Assembly: GCA_016177735.1 (NCBI GenBank)
Contig: JACOUS010000026.1
Span: 2,375-66,374, forward strand
Length of the DNA: 64,000 bases
Direction: 5' to 3'
Source of the DNA: Ignavibacteriales bacterium
GTDB lineage: Bacteria; Bacteroidota; Ignavibacteria; Ignavibacteriales; Melioribacteraceae
Made by a program: the position numbers and the translations under genes. The notes beneath the pieces are model-generated. The model searched no databases. It was given only the letters and a program-made list of their open reading frames with translations, and had not been told where the DNA came from. Each line of letters opens with the position of its first letter. The first letter of the stretch is position 1. This document shows positions 1 to 9,689 of the stretch, one piece after another.

Positions 1-674
1 TTAGACATGATAAAATAGACAACAAACAATCCGGCAACCGTTAACACAACATAAACCCAAAAGACGCCGAGTATGCTTGAAGCTTTTCTAACCGGCGGAG
101 AAATTAATCCGGGTAAAAATCCGCCGAGATTCATCAAAGCATACAACATCGCGTAACCCATCGCGGCAGTTTTTTCGTTCGTTAATTTTTTTACTCCGGC
201 GTAACAAGCCGGCTGATAAATTCCGTAACCTAAAACGATTCCCAATATTCCGAGCATCGAAAAAATATGAGCGGAGCCCCACAAACCGGGCGCGCCGATA
301 TTAGGCGCAACGGAAAGTAAAATTCTGCCGACAAGCATAAAAGATAGAGCGGCAAGCAGAGCTTTTCTTAACCCGATCCAATCAACAGTTGCACCGAGAA
401 ACAACATGCTGAGTGTAATTCCCGCGGTTAAAACTCCTACCATATTTCCGGCTCGGATATCATCGAGCTGAACATATTCATTAAAAAATATTGCGAGTAA
501 TCCGACAACACCAAAGTAAGTTAATCCTTCGAGAACGTAAGATAAATTCAATCCGAAAAGCGCGCGCGAAGTATGAAACAGATCGATGAACGGCTGGGTG
601 ATTTCTTCCAAAGTTTTTTGCAAGATGCTTTTTTCTTGCACGGTTTGTTCTTGTGTGAATTGTTCTTGCGACAT
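1..674 (-). CDS. MFS-type transporter; its 3' part runs off the window edge
   Basis: Absent from the ORF track because there is no stop in the window. ATG at 674..672, and I read the frame open to position 1. Translation MSQEQFTQEQ...GLNLSYVLEGLTYFGVVGLLAIFF...VDWIGLRKALL...GYGIYQPACYAG shows successive hydrophobic helices typical of major-facilitator proteins. Lies 30 nt downstream of murB. Confidence 0.65.
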   Translation of the reverse strand, partial: MSQEQFTQEQTVQEKSILQKTLEEITQPFIDLFHTSRALFGLNLSYVLEGLTYFGVVGLLAIFFNEYVQLDDIRAGNMVGVLTAGITLSMLFLGATVDWIGLRKALLAALSFMLVGRILLSVAPNIGAPGLWGSAHIFSMLGILGIVLGYGIYQPACYAGVKKLTNEKTAAMGYAMLYALMNLGGFLPGLISPPVRKASSILGVFWVYVVLTVAGLFVVYFIMS

Positions 675-704
675 AATTGCCTCTGTCAATCGTTAAAAGA
701 AATA

Positions 705-1721
705 TTATATGATGCTTACCTCATAATCGAGTTTTATATTGAAACCATAATTAACTGCATTGCGGATTTTTTCTGCAAATGCACGTATCTCTTCGCCGCC
801 GGCATTTCCATAATTCACTATTACCAATGCTTGTTTTTCGTAACAGCCTATATTGCCGATCCGCTTCCCTTTGTAGCCGCATTTTTCAATTAACCATCCG
901 GCTGGAATTTTAAAACTATCATCACCGGTTTTATAAAAAGTTATATCGGGATATTTTTTTTGTATTTGTGCAAGCTGTGTGCTGCCAATTTCAGGGTTTT
1001 TGAAGAAGCTTCCGGCGTTGCCGATTTTTTTCGGGTCGGGCAATTTGCTTTCACGTATTTCACGAACCGTTGCGGCTACTTCATAAATAGTAAGCTTATC
1101 GGGATTGATATCCCCAAGTTGTTCTTGAAGCGCTTTGTACGAAAGGTTGAATTTTTTCTCTTTGCTCAATCTCAAAACAACTTTGGTGATCAGGAATTTA
1201 TTCTTCAATTCTTTTTTGAAAATGCTGTCGCGGTAACCGAAACGGCAATCCGTTTTGCTGAATTTTCTTTTCTCTTTCGTATCGAGGAAATATCCTTCGA
1301 GATTATCGAACACATCTTTCAGTTCAACGCCGTATGCGCCGATATTCTGAATCGGTGCGGCGCCAACTTCTCCGGGAATCAACGAAAGGTTTTCAATCCC
1401 ATAAAAATTTTTTTCGATACAAAAAGTAACAAGGTCGTCCCACAATTCGCCGGCGCTCGATTCGACAAAAACATAGCTTGAGTTTTCTTCGATAATTTTT
1501 ATCCCTTTTGCGGGATAGCGCAGAATTGTCCCGTCGTAATTTTTTGTGAAGAGAACATTACTGCCGCCGCCGAGAATCATCGGGTTCCGCTTTGGCGCTT
1601 CCTTTGAATCAAGATATTCCAGCAGATCATTTTCGTCTTCAAGTTCGATAAAATGTTTGGCTTTGGCATCGACGCCAAGTGTATTGAGCTGCTTCAGTGA
1701 AAAGTCTTCCTGAATTATCAT
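705..1721 (-). CDS. murB: UDP-N-acetylenolpyruvoylglucosamine reductase
   Basis: 338 aa with an ATG start. FAD-binding N-terminus (ILGGGSNVLF) and MurB C-terminal domain (KLPAGWLIE.CG.KG). Confidence 0.9.
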   Translation of the reverse strand: MIIQEDFSLKQLNTLGVDAKAKHFIELEDENDLLEYLDSKEAPKRNPMILGGGSNVLFTKNYDGTILRYPAKGIKIIEENSSYVFVESSAGELWDDLVTFCIEKNFYGIENLSLIPGEVGAAPIQNIGAYGVELKDVFDNLEGYFLDTKEKRKFSKTDCRFGYRDSIFKKELKNKFLITKVVLRLSKEKKFNLSYKALQEQLGDINPDKLTIYEVAATVREIRESKLPDPKKIGNAGSFFKNPEIGSTQLAQIQKKYPDITFYKTGDDSFKIPAGWLIEKCGYKGKRIGNIGCYEKQALVIVNYGNAGGEEIRAFAEKIRNAVNYGFNIKLDYEVSII

Positions 1722-1820
1722 GTAGTTCCATTTTGGTTTGAAATCGGGTTAATCAAAAAACAACCGAATTGTGTTCACTATAAAAAAGCTCACAAATAAT
1801 TCTCCGCGAACTCTGCGGTA

Positions 1821-1842
1821 AAAATCCGCCGCGGCGGATTTC
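1821..1842 (-). terminator. Rho-independent terminator after comEC
   Basis: Perfect 20 nt palindrome AAATCCGCCG/CGGCGGATTT. On the minus strand it is followed by TTTTT. Confidence 0.6.
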
Positions 1843-1934
1843 AAGCAAAGATCGCAAAAAAGAAAAATAAGATTTTAATTTGAGCAGCATAGCAGCGCAT
1901 AGTTCAAAATTTTCGTTCAAAATATAAATCCGCT

Positions 1935-4331
1935 TTATTCGTTTTTCCAATTAATATTTTTTATCGATAAGCCGTCCGATTGTAAAAGTATTGCGCCGGA
2001 TTTGTCCGTGCGAAATACCTCAATATTGTTTTCTTTCAACCTCTCAATTATTTCCGGGCTCGGGTGATTAAACTTGTTCAATATTCCGGAAGAGATAATT
2101 GCAAATTGCGGCATTACAAAATTTAGAAACTGCGGCGATGTACTTGTTTTACTTCCATGATGACCGGTTTTCAAAACATTGCTTCTCAAAAATTCAGGAT
2201 AGTTCAGTGAATAATATTTTTCCGCTTTCGCGCCGGCGTCTCCGGTAAACAAAAATGAAGTTTTACCGTAAACAATTTTCAACATTCCGCTTTTATCGTT
2301 TGTACCGAACGATTCAAAATACGTACTCGCAGTATCGTTCAAAATGTAAATCTGTGCATTAGAAATTTTCACAACTCCTTTGCCGTAATATTTAATAGGA
2401 ATTTTTTGTTCGCGTATTATCTTTTCAAGCTCAACATCTTTATCGAGCGTTGAATCGGCTTTAGGTTTGTAGAGTGTTCTAAATTTATTTTGGCGTATCA
2501 AGTAAATTAATCCGCGGTAGTGGTCTGAGTCCACATGCGAGATAAATCCGTAATCAATTTTGCCGATGTCCAATCGTTCGAGCAGAGGTGCAATTACCTT
2601 TTCGCCATTATCGAAATAAGCATTTGCATCTCCGCCGTCTATCAATGCCGTTTCGCCGTTCGGAAATTTTATGAGGAACGAATCGCCCTGACCGATATCT
2701 ATCGCCATCACCGATAATTTCCCATCGGGCAACAATTCTTTGTTATCAATTCTTAAAAGCAAAGCGGCGGAAAGTAGTGTTAATGCAGCAACAAAAATTT
2801 TTGCCGGCTTTCCCGCCAGTTTCTTCCACGCAGCAAATATGAAAGCAAGAATTACGTAGAACAGTATTCCATCGTACAAACTGAATTGGTTGATTGCGAT
2901 AAACGAATTTTTGAGCTTGCCGAAAAAATCAACGAGCCAATAGAGAACAAAAGTAAGCGACTCATTCGCTGAAGCATAAACGAGACCGAGATAATTTGAG
3001 ATCGTTCCAATTGCAATTGTAAAAATTCCGAGACCGACCACAAATCCGCTGAGCGGAATAACAAACATGTTTGCAATGAGCGCGATGAGAGAGAGTTTAT
3101 GAAAATAAACAAGTGTGAACGGCAGTGTTCCGATTTGCGCCGCGAGCGACACTGTGCAGAAAAGTAAAATATATTTCAACACACGGGATTTGAGTTTCAT
3201 GTTATAAATGTACCGGCTGAACGGCGGGTAAAGAATGATGATTGCAAGTATCGCCGAGAACGAAAGTTGAAAACCCGGATTGAAAAGATCACCCGGACTG
3301 AAGATGAGAATAACCAACGCAGCCAAACACAAAGAATTAGTATTGCTTGGGCTTCTGCCGGAAAGCGGCGCAGATAGAAGTGCCAATCCCATTATTGCAG
3401 AGCGTGTAACCGGCGGCTGGAAATATGTTATTGCAGTATAAATCAAAAGTCCGGTGAACGTAAAAACAAACCGCGAATAAACGTTGAACCTTTTGAACAT
3501 CACAACAAAAATTAAAATAATAAACCCAACATGAAGCCCTGAGACAGAGAGAACATGCACAACACCGGCATTCACAAACTCACTTTCAATTTCGTAATCG
3601 ATCATACTTCTATCGCCAAGCAGTAAACCGCGCAGTAACCCGCCGGTAGTTTTATTGTGCAGTCGCAAAATTTGTTTGTCGATTGCTTTTCGTATTTCGA
3701 AAATGAAATTATCGTAAGCGTTGATTGAATGTCCGGTGATTTCAACATTGCTCGCATTGTTGATAATAAGCAATGATGAAAAACCTTTTTCGAGAATATA
3801 CTTTTCGTAATCGAACTCACCGGGATTCCTTTCGTTGCGTGCGCGGAAAATATTCCCTTTGCAGATAACTTTATTGCCGACTGCAAGCGAGCCGTACTTC
3901 TTTTCTATTTTGTTTTTGGAATCTCGCAGCGAGCAGATAAATTTTAGTTTGCCCGAAGCTGTCAGCGAACCAATTTTCATAGAATCGGATTCGACATTAA
4001 AAATTATTCTCTCGTCTCTTATTAACTCGATGTTCGTAACAGTTCCGTAAAGAAAAACATTGGGGTATTTCTGCTGTGCAAAAGGATAGACTGCTTTTTC
4101 GTTTTTGAATTCCGAGTAATAAAGCATCGAGCAAAAGATAATTGCAAGTGCAAGCAGAATATTTTTCGCCGCAATAAATTGATCTTTGTAAATAAGTGAG
4201 AGAGCAAGTGTAGAAATTATCAGCAAGATAGATGCAAAAAGCAGAGCGCTTTGTGCAATTCCCCAAATTGATTGGAGTATGATACCGCAGATAAAATAGA
4301 TTATAAATTTTACAAGCGGATAATCATTCAA
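1935..4331 (-). CDS. comEC: ComEC/Rec2 DNA internalisation protein with C-terminal metallo-beta-lactamase domain
   Basis: 798 aa. Polytopic competence domain followed by an MBL-type region (DIGQGDS, ISHVDSDH, GHHGS). TTG start overlaps the upstream stop. Confidence 0.85.
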   Translation of the reverse strand: MNDYPLVKFIIYFICGIILQSIWGIAQSALLFASILLIISTLALSLIYKDQFIAAKNILLALAIIFCSMLYYSEFKNEKAVYPFAQQKYPNVFLYGTVTNIELIRDERIIFNVESDSMKIGSLTASGKLKFICSLRDSKNKIEKKYGSLAVGNKVICKGNIFRARNERNPGEFDYEKYILEKGFSSLLIINNASNVEITGHSINAYDNFIFEIRKAIDKQILRLHNKTTGGLLRGLLLGDRSMIDYEIESEFVNAGVVHVLSVSGLHVGFIILIFVVMFKRFNVYSRFVFTFTGLLIYTAITYFQPPVTRSAIMGLALLSAPLSGRSPSNTNSLCLAALVILIFSPGDLFNPGFQLSFSAILAIIILYPPFSRYIYNMKLKSRVLKYILLFCTVSLAAQIGTLPFTLVYFHKLSLIALIANMFVIPLSGFVVGLGIFTIAIGTISNYLGLVYASANESLTFVLYWLVDFFGKLKNSFIAINQFSLYDGILFYVILAFIFAAWKKLAGKPAKIFVAALTLLSAALLLRIDNKELLPDGKLSVMAIDIGQGDSFLIKFPNGETALIDGGDANAYFDNGEKVIAPLLERLDIGKIDYGFISHVDSDHYRGLIYLIRQNKFRTLYKPKADSTLDKDVELEKIIREQKIPIKYYGKGVVKISNAQIYILNDTASTYFESFGTNDKSGMLKIVYGKTSFLFTGDAGAKAEKYYSLNYPEFLRSNVLKTGHHGSKTSTSPQFLNFVMPQFAIISSGILNKFNHPSPEIIERLKENNIEVFRTDKSGAILLQSDGLSIKNINWKNE

Positions 4332-5230
4332 TCATACATCTCCATTATTGCCGGTTTGATGTGGTAAAGTTTTTTAATCTTCTTAGCGAGAGTTTTTGCG
4401 TTATAACCGAATGCCATGCCGAGTGCCGGGTTCAGTGTGTGCATTTTGATCGAAAGGTCTTCAAAATTTCCATGATCAGAACAAACAACAAGCGTCATTT
4501 TCTTGCCGAGATTTTTTATTGCGTGCAAAAGAAATTCATCGAGTGTTCGTAATGTGTGTTCAAGATATTCTGCCGCTCTTCCGTGTCCCAAATGATCCAT
4601 GTGGAAAATTTCAAAAACCGTGAGATGATTTTGCGAACCGATTCTCAAAAGACGTTCTGCGGCTTTCTGCGGCGGGATTACCGGAAGTTTGTAATTCATC
4701 TTTTCGACAAATCTGATATTATCGATATCAGCCGCAAGTGCTTTGCCGCTGCGGAGATCGGCAATCTTGTTCAATTTGATTCCGCTCAGCAGGCAGCTTA
4801 AAGTTGTTACACTTAATCTTCTTCTGCCCGAATTTATATACTCAAAAAATACTTTTGGATATGCGTTAACAAACGAAACTTTTTTTCTTCGTTTTTTAAA
4901 CTCATGAAAAATATTTTTCTCTTTTATGATCGGAACCAAAGTTGAATACGGGTACGGACCGAAATGCTGCCCGATTATTTTCGGTGCATTCACACCGCAG
5001 AAGATCGAAGTTTGCCCCGTGCCGCTTAGCGGAATTTTCGGCACGCCCATAGATGCATCAACCGGGAATACAAAACCGTTTTCACTTTTCAATTTTTGTT
5101 TTTCGAGATGAGGAATCTCTCCGAAAATTTCCGTAAATGTTTTGAACCCGTACTTGAAAAAAGGATTGGACTCGTAATCCTTCTTCCCGATTCCGACACC
5201 ATCGATAAATATTAGAATTGTTGAGTGCAA
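4328..5230 (-). CDS. Alkaline-phosphatase-superfamily metalloenzyme (phosphoglycerate/phosphopentomutase-like); function unclear
   Basis: 300 aa. N-terminal ILIFIDGVG metal-site motif and C-terminal CSDHGN motif. TTG start. Confidence 0.5.
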   Translation of the reverse strand: MHSTILIFIDGVGIGKKDYESNPFFKYGFKTFTEIFGEIPHLEKQKLKSENGFVFPVDASMGVPKIPLSGTGQTSIFCGVNAPKIIGQHFGPYPYSTLVPIIKEKNIFHEFKKRRKKVSFVNAYPKVFFEYINSGRRRLSVTTLSCLLSGIKLNKIADLRSGKALAADIDNIRFVEKMNYKLPVIPPQKAAERLLRIGSQNHLTVFEIFHMDHLGHGRAAEYLEHTLRTLDEFLLHAIKNLGKKMTLVVCSDHGNFEDLSIKMHTLNPALGMAFGYNAKTLAKKIKKLYHIKPAIMEMYD

Positions 5231-5293
5231 ATTAGAAGTCCTTTTTTTTCAGCCACCCTATATCCCCCTCGGAGGGGGAATAAAAGTGGGAGG

Positions 5294-5743
5294 TCATTTT
5301 GATTCGACCAAAACAGTAACGGGACCGTCGTTAAAAATTTTTACGAGCATCATAGCGGAAAAAATTCCGCTTTTAATTTTTTCATCGCCAAGATTTTGTT
5401 TCATCCGCAGAATAAATTTTTCGTAAAGTTCTTTTGCCGATTCCGGCTTTGCTGCATCGGTAAAGTTTGGTCTGTTCCCTTTCCGTGCATCTCCGTACAA
5501 AGTGAACTGCGAAATAACAAGCACTTCTCCGCCGGTATCTTTCAGCGATAAATTCATCTTTCCGTTTTCATCTTCGAATATTCGTAGGTTGGAACATTTA
5601 TCGGCAGCAAAATTCATATCGTCCTCACTATCACCTTCTTTAACGCCGAGCAGAATTACCATTCCTTTCCCGATTGATGCGGAATAATTTTCAGATTCTA
5701 TTTCGACGGAACCTTCCGTAACCCGTTGAACCAAAGCCCTCAT
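5294..5743 (-). CDS. dtd: D-aminoacyl-tRNA deacylase
   Basis: 149 aa. MRALVQRV N-terminus, SQFTLYGD and GPVT motifs. ATGA overlap with the prmC stop. Confidence 0.9.
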   Translation of the reverse strand: MRALVQRVTEGSVEIESENYSASIGKGMVILLGVKEGDSEDDMNFAADKCSNLRIFEDENGKMNLSLKDTGGEVLVISQFTLYGDARKGNRPNFTDAAKPESAKELYEKFILRMKQNLGDEKIKSGIFSAMMLVKIFNDGPVTVLVESK

Positions 5744-6591
5744 TGTTTTATTCCGTAAATGATTCGATCAATTAACTGGTAATCTTTTTGTATTTGAATT
5801 TCCGTGAAGCCGTTCTCTCTTAGAATATCTGCTACGGCTTGTGACTGCCCGATTCCGATTTCAAAGAATAATTTTCCACCGCTTGTTAAATTTTTTGATG
5901 CAAACCCGGAAATTTTTTTGTAAAACTTCAGTCCGTCTTCGGAATCGGTAACGGCATTGCGCGGTTCGTATTCCGTTATCTCTTTTTGAAGCTGTTCGTA
6001 TTCTTCGGAAGAAACATACGGCGGATTCGAAACGATTAGATCAAAAACGATTCCTCTGAAATCAACATTGTTCAAAATATCTTTTTGAATAAACTCAACG
6101 TTATGAACATCATTCAACCCGGCATTTTGTTTTGCAGTGTCGAGTGCGGAATCATTCACATCGATTGAAACAACGGAAGAATTTTCCAAATATTTTGCGA
6201 GTGCAATTGCAATGTTGCCGCTGCCGGTTCCGATATCAAGAATTTTTGTGTTGGGAATTTCTTTGTACTGTTCGATAATAATTTCGACAAGCAATTCTGT
6301 TTCGGGACGCGGAATTAAAACCGAAGAATCGACATTCAACCGTAATCCGAAAAAATCGACTGTGCCGGTAATGTATTGAAGCGGCTCGTACTTTCCGCGC
6401 CGCGCAATGTATTCGCGGTATTGATCGGTTTCATTCTGCTTAAGCGGCTGATCGAATTTCAAATACAAATCGAGCCGGCTGCAATTTAGAATATGCGCAA
6501 GAAGAAGTTCTGCATTTGTTCGTGCAGATTCGATCCCCTTCTTTTCCAAATATTCCGTTGAAAGTTTTATTGCTTCTAGTACAGTGAGCAT
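5740..6591 (-). CDS. prmC: Release-factor glutamine N5-methyltransferase
   Basis: 283 aa. SAM motif DIGTGSG and catalytic NPPY. Confidence 0.9.
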   Translation of the reverse strand: MLTVLEAIKLSTEYLEKKGIESARTNAELLLAHILNCSRLDLYLKFDQPLKQNETDQYREYIARRGKYEPLQYITGTVDFFGLRLNVDSSVLIPRPETELLVEIIIEQYKEIPNTKILDIGTGSGNIAIALAKYLENSSVVSIDVNDSALDTAKQNAGLNDVHNVEFIQKDILNNVDFRGIVFDLIVSNPPYVSSEEYEQLQKEITEYEPRNAVTDSEDGLKFYKKISGFASKNLTSGGKLFFEIGIGQSQAVADILRENGFTEIQIQKDYQLIDRIIYGIKQ

Positions 6592-6682
6592 AAGAAATTA
6601 TTTTTTGTGCGTTTCAATATAACAAAGCTTTGCAAAAAATAATTGAGTGTTTTTCGGAGGACAATATAGAGTGACGAGTGCA

Positions 6683-6797
6683 GAACGTAGAGCTTGCCCG
6701 GCGAAGACGGGTAAAGAATGGAGACTTAAAACAATCTGAAAATTTATGCTCACAATTGGCTTAGCAAATCAACTATAATTTCTTAAACTCTACGTTC
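6683..6797. repeat. Intergenic element A: 10 bp perfect closing stem around a core related to element B at 33135-33305
   Basis: GAACGTAGAG (6683-6692) pairs with CTCTACGTTC (6788-6797). The inner core shares blocks with 33199-33278. Contains hairpin CCCGGCGAAGACGGG at 6697-6711. Confidence 0.4.
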
Positions 6798-6803
6798 ACA
6801 GTA

Positions 6804-8150
6804 CTATTTTTTGTAGGTCGTAAGAAGATAGTCTGCAACAGCTTCGGCTTCTTTCGGTTTCAAACCTTGATTTGGCATTGCGGGATAATCCGGATTAACT
6901 TTTACCGGGTTCATAATAAATTTGATCAGCTGATCGCGTTTGCCATCGTACTTCGGCAAAGTTTCGTTGTACGGTGGTCCAACAAGTTTTTGATCAAACT
7001 TATGGCATGCAATACATTTGCCGTTGTAAATATCCGCTCCGCTGATTGCTTCAACAGCTAGCCCGTATTCCTCTTTAATTTTATTTTGATATTCCTCGTA
7101 GTTAGCCGCCAGCATCGCAAATTGTTTTTTGGTCGAAGTATCAAACGCAAATTGATCTTTGATAACAATAAACGTGAACACGCCGACGAATAAATAAATC
7201 ACCATCGAGCTGAATTTTACGCTGGATTCTTTTATCATCACGTAAAACAAAATGCTGATGAACAAAAGTAAAAAGAGTGCAGCGAGCGATGCACCAAACA
7301 TATTGAACGAAAGCGATTCAACCGGTTTGGAAAAAATGTTCAATATTATCAAAGCCGGAAGAATGATTGTTGCGATTAATCCGGTCTTGAGAGAAAAGTT
7401 TTTTACAAACTCGATGCTGCCTGAGGAAGAATGTTCCTTGCCGGAATTCGATCTGAAATTTCTATAAAGAGTGTACGCAGAAGTCAAACCGATTGAAGCG
7501 GCGAGAAATTGCAAGAAGTAAGTTATCGTATCGAGCGAAATGATTATCGAAATCAAGTCGCTGCCGTTTTGCCAATTACTTGTATCGACTGCAGATTGTA
7601 CTGCACCGATAAACATATATATCGCAATAGTCAGAAAAATAATTCCGTACCAGCCGGCACGTTTGTGCAAATGCGACGTTCTAAAATTGTATGATTCGAG
7701 TTCTTCGATGATGCCGCTTTGTGAATCAGATTTGTTGGAAGCGAATTCAAAAATTTCTTTCAAGTGATAAGTGTACTTGTAAGTGTAAATCAGAATCACA
7801 GCCGCAAGCAAAAACAAAAATGAAATCAGTATATATCCCGGTACATTCAAACCGGAAAGATGAAGAAGCTGGGCGTAGCAGAATGCGGCACTGAGCATCG
7901 GAACCAAACCGAGAGCAAACGCAACTCCTTTGTTGAATGTAACCTGATCGATCAATTCTTTTGCGAAATGATAATACTTGTTATCGGAAGTCTTTGCCGA
8001 TTTTCTTTCAAAGTAAAGCGACAATGTTAACGAGCCGAATAACACGCTCAAATAAGGAATCAACAAAATAAAAGTGAGCACAAGAAGATATTTTAACAAT
8101 ACCATGTGATGTGCCGACTGCGGTAAAACAAGCTTATCTAAAAACTCCAT
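6804..8150 (-). CDS. Polytopic membrane protein with C-terminal class-I cytochrome c domain
   Basis: 448 aa. About 10 hydrophobic segments, then a single CIACH haem site and a distal Met in YPAMPNQG. GGAG precedes the ATG. Lies directly downstream of ctaB. Confidence 0.7.
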   Translation of the reverse strand: MEFLDKLVLPQSAHHMVLLKYLLVLTFILLIPYLSVLFGSLTLSLYFERKSAKTSDNKYYHFAKELIDQVTFNKGVAFALGLVPMLSAAFCYAQLLHLSGLNVPGYILISFLFLLAAVILIYTYKYTYHLKEIFEFASNKSDSQSGIIEELESYNFRTSHLHKRAGWYGIIFLTIAIYMFIGAVQSAVDTSNWQNGSDLISIIISLDTITYFLQFLAASIGLTSAYTLYRNFRSNSGKEHSSSGSIEFVKNFSLKTGLIATIILPALIILNIFSKPVESLSFNMFGASLAALFLLLFISILFYVMIKESSVKFSSMVIYLFVGVFTFIVIKDQFAFDTSTKKQFAMLAANYEEYQNKIKEEYGLAVEAISGADIYNGKCIACHKFDQKLVGPPYNETLPKYDGKRDQLIKFIMNPVKVNPDYPAMPNQGLKPKEAEAVADYLLTTYKK

Positions 8151-8161
8151 ATCTCCAACCG

Positions 8162-9043
8162 TTATAATTCGTTTAGTAAGAGTTTATCAATTGAAATAAT
8201 TATTATAACTGCAAGCACGTAAATGTTTATAGCAATAAATGCTTTTCTGAAAATTACTTTTTCGAGATAACCTGAAAGAATTTTTTTTGTATCGAGTACA
8301 AGCCAGACGCCGAGCGCAACCATTGCGGCAAAAGTATAAACGTGATAAGAAATATCGAGCAGAGGAATCAGCAGACTGCTTACTGCGAGGGCTGCAATCC
8401 AAATGTAAGTTATTCTGCTCAACTGTGATTCCGTAAAAGTTTTGTTCAAAGTCGGGAAGCCCGCTTTCTGGTAATCTTTGTAGTAGATCAAAAGCAGAAG
8501 CCAAAAGTGCGGGATCTGCCAGATAAAAAAGAAAAGAGCAATTGCCAAAATTTTGTAATCAAACGGAAATCCGCCCGAAGCCGCCCAGCCGATTACCGGC
8601 GGTATGGCACCGATTAATGCGCCGGGCACAACTGCAAGTGCATACTTTTTTTTCATCGGAGTGTAAATGAGATTATACCAAATCAAAGCCGTTACGCCGA
8701 GCAGCATCGCAGTAATATTGGATGAAAAATAAATTAACGCCAACCCGATTAACACAAGCGATGAAGCATAAATCAAAGCATTTGTTTCGGAAATTCTTCC
8801 GGATGGAAGCGGTCTTCCTTTTGTTCTGTCCATCAGCGCATCAGTTTTTCTTTCTTGATAATGATTGAATGCAGACGAGCCGCAAGCAAGTACAAAAACT
8901 CCGAACGATGGAAGCAGAATAGCCCACGTAAATTTTCCGGCGTGTTGTAAAAATCCGGCAGACGTTGACACCGCAACAAAGAATGTAATTCTAACTTTAC
9001 CGAGTTCTAAAAGAATATCAATATTTTCTTTTAAAGATTTCAA
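8162..9043 (-). CDS. ctaB: Protohaem IX farnesyltransferase (haem O synthase)
   Basis: 293 aa UbiA-family polytopic protein with NHYQERKTDALMDRTKGRPLPSG. TTG start 1 nt after the coxB stop. Confidence 0.9.
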   Translation of the reverse strand: MKSLKENIDILLELGKVRITFFVAVSTSAGFLQHAGKFTWAILLPSFGVFVLACGSSAFNHYQERKTDALMDRTKGRPLPSGRISETNALIYASSLVLIGLALIYFSSNITAMLLGVTALIWYNLIYTPMKKKYALAVVPGALIGAIPPVIGWAASGGFPFDYKILAIALFFFIWQIPHFWLLLLIYYKDYQKAGFPTLNKTFTESQLSRITYIWIAALAVSSLLIPLLDISYHVYTFAAMVALGVWLVLDTKKILSGYLEKVIFRKAFIAINIYVLAVIIIISIDKLLLNEL

Positions 9044-9044
9044 A

Positions 9045-9680
9045 TCAATTTCCTATTCCGGCTTTAAGAGTTTCGGGCGCATTGCTGTTGTACCATGCCG
9101 TGTATTGAGTTTCAGGAAGTACAACAACTTTCGAGTACATCATCGAATGTTTCAAGCCGCAATATTCCGCACAAACAATATCATACGAGCCGGCTTGTTC
9201 CGGCTTGAAAAACAAATAATTGGTTCTGCCAACAATAGCATCTTCCTTAATTCTGAAAGAAGGGATGTAGAGGGAATGATTTACATCTTGCGAGAAGAGT
9301 TCCAATTTAATCGGCGTGCCGATCGGAACATAAAGAGTATCGCTTTTCTTTCCGTTGTCGTAATTAAATTCCCACTGCCACATTCTTGCTTGAACTTTTA
9401 TAATGTAAGCATCTTCGGGAACGTCTCTGATTTCTCTGAAGCCGGTGTAGCCGTAATAAAACATCGAGAGAACAAGCAGAGTCGGAATTACAATCCAAAC
9501 TATTTCAAGCAGAAGATTGCCGTGAATATCAACCGGCTGATGCCCTTTTTTTCTATGATATTTAAAAACAAAATAGATCATTGCGGCGGTAATTCCCAAA
9601 AGAAGAACTACCGAAATAGCAACGATATATATCATTATGAAATCAACCGTTTCAACATGTTGTGTTGGAGCTGGCGACAT
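9045..9680 (-). CDS. coxB: Cytochrome c oxidase subunit II, with no fused cytochrome c domain
   Basis: 211 aa. Two N-terminal TM helices and the CuA site CAEYCGLKHSMM. Confidence 0.9.
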   Translation of the reverse strand: MSPAPTQHVETVDFIMIYIVAISVVLLLGITAAMIYFVFKYHRKKGHQPVDIHGNLLLEIVWIVIPTLLVLSMFYYGYTGFREIRDVPEDAYIIKVQARMWQWEFNYDNGKKSDTLYVPIGTPIKLELFSQDVNHSLYIPSFRIKEDAIVGRTNYLFFKPEQAGSYDIVCAEYCGLKHSMMYSKVVVLPETQYTAWYNSNAPETLKAGIGN

Positions 9681-9689
9681 TTACAAACC

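Noticed and set aside
5264-5278. CCCCC-TCGGA-GGGGG hairpin between dtd and the metalloenzyme gene, considered as a terminator
   Set aside because: No U-tract follows on either strand, and the genes on both sides look co-oriented and closely spaced. I keep it only as an unexplained GC hairpin.
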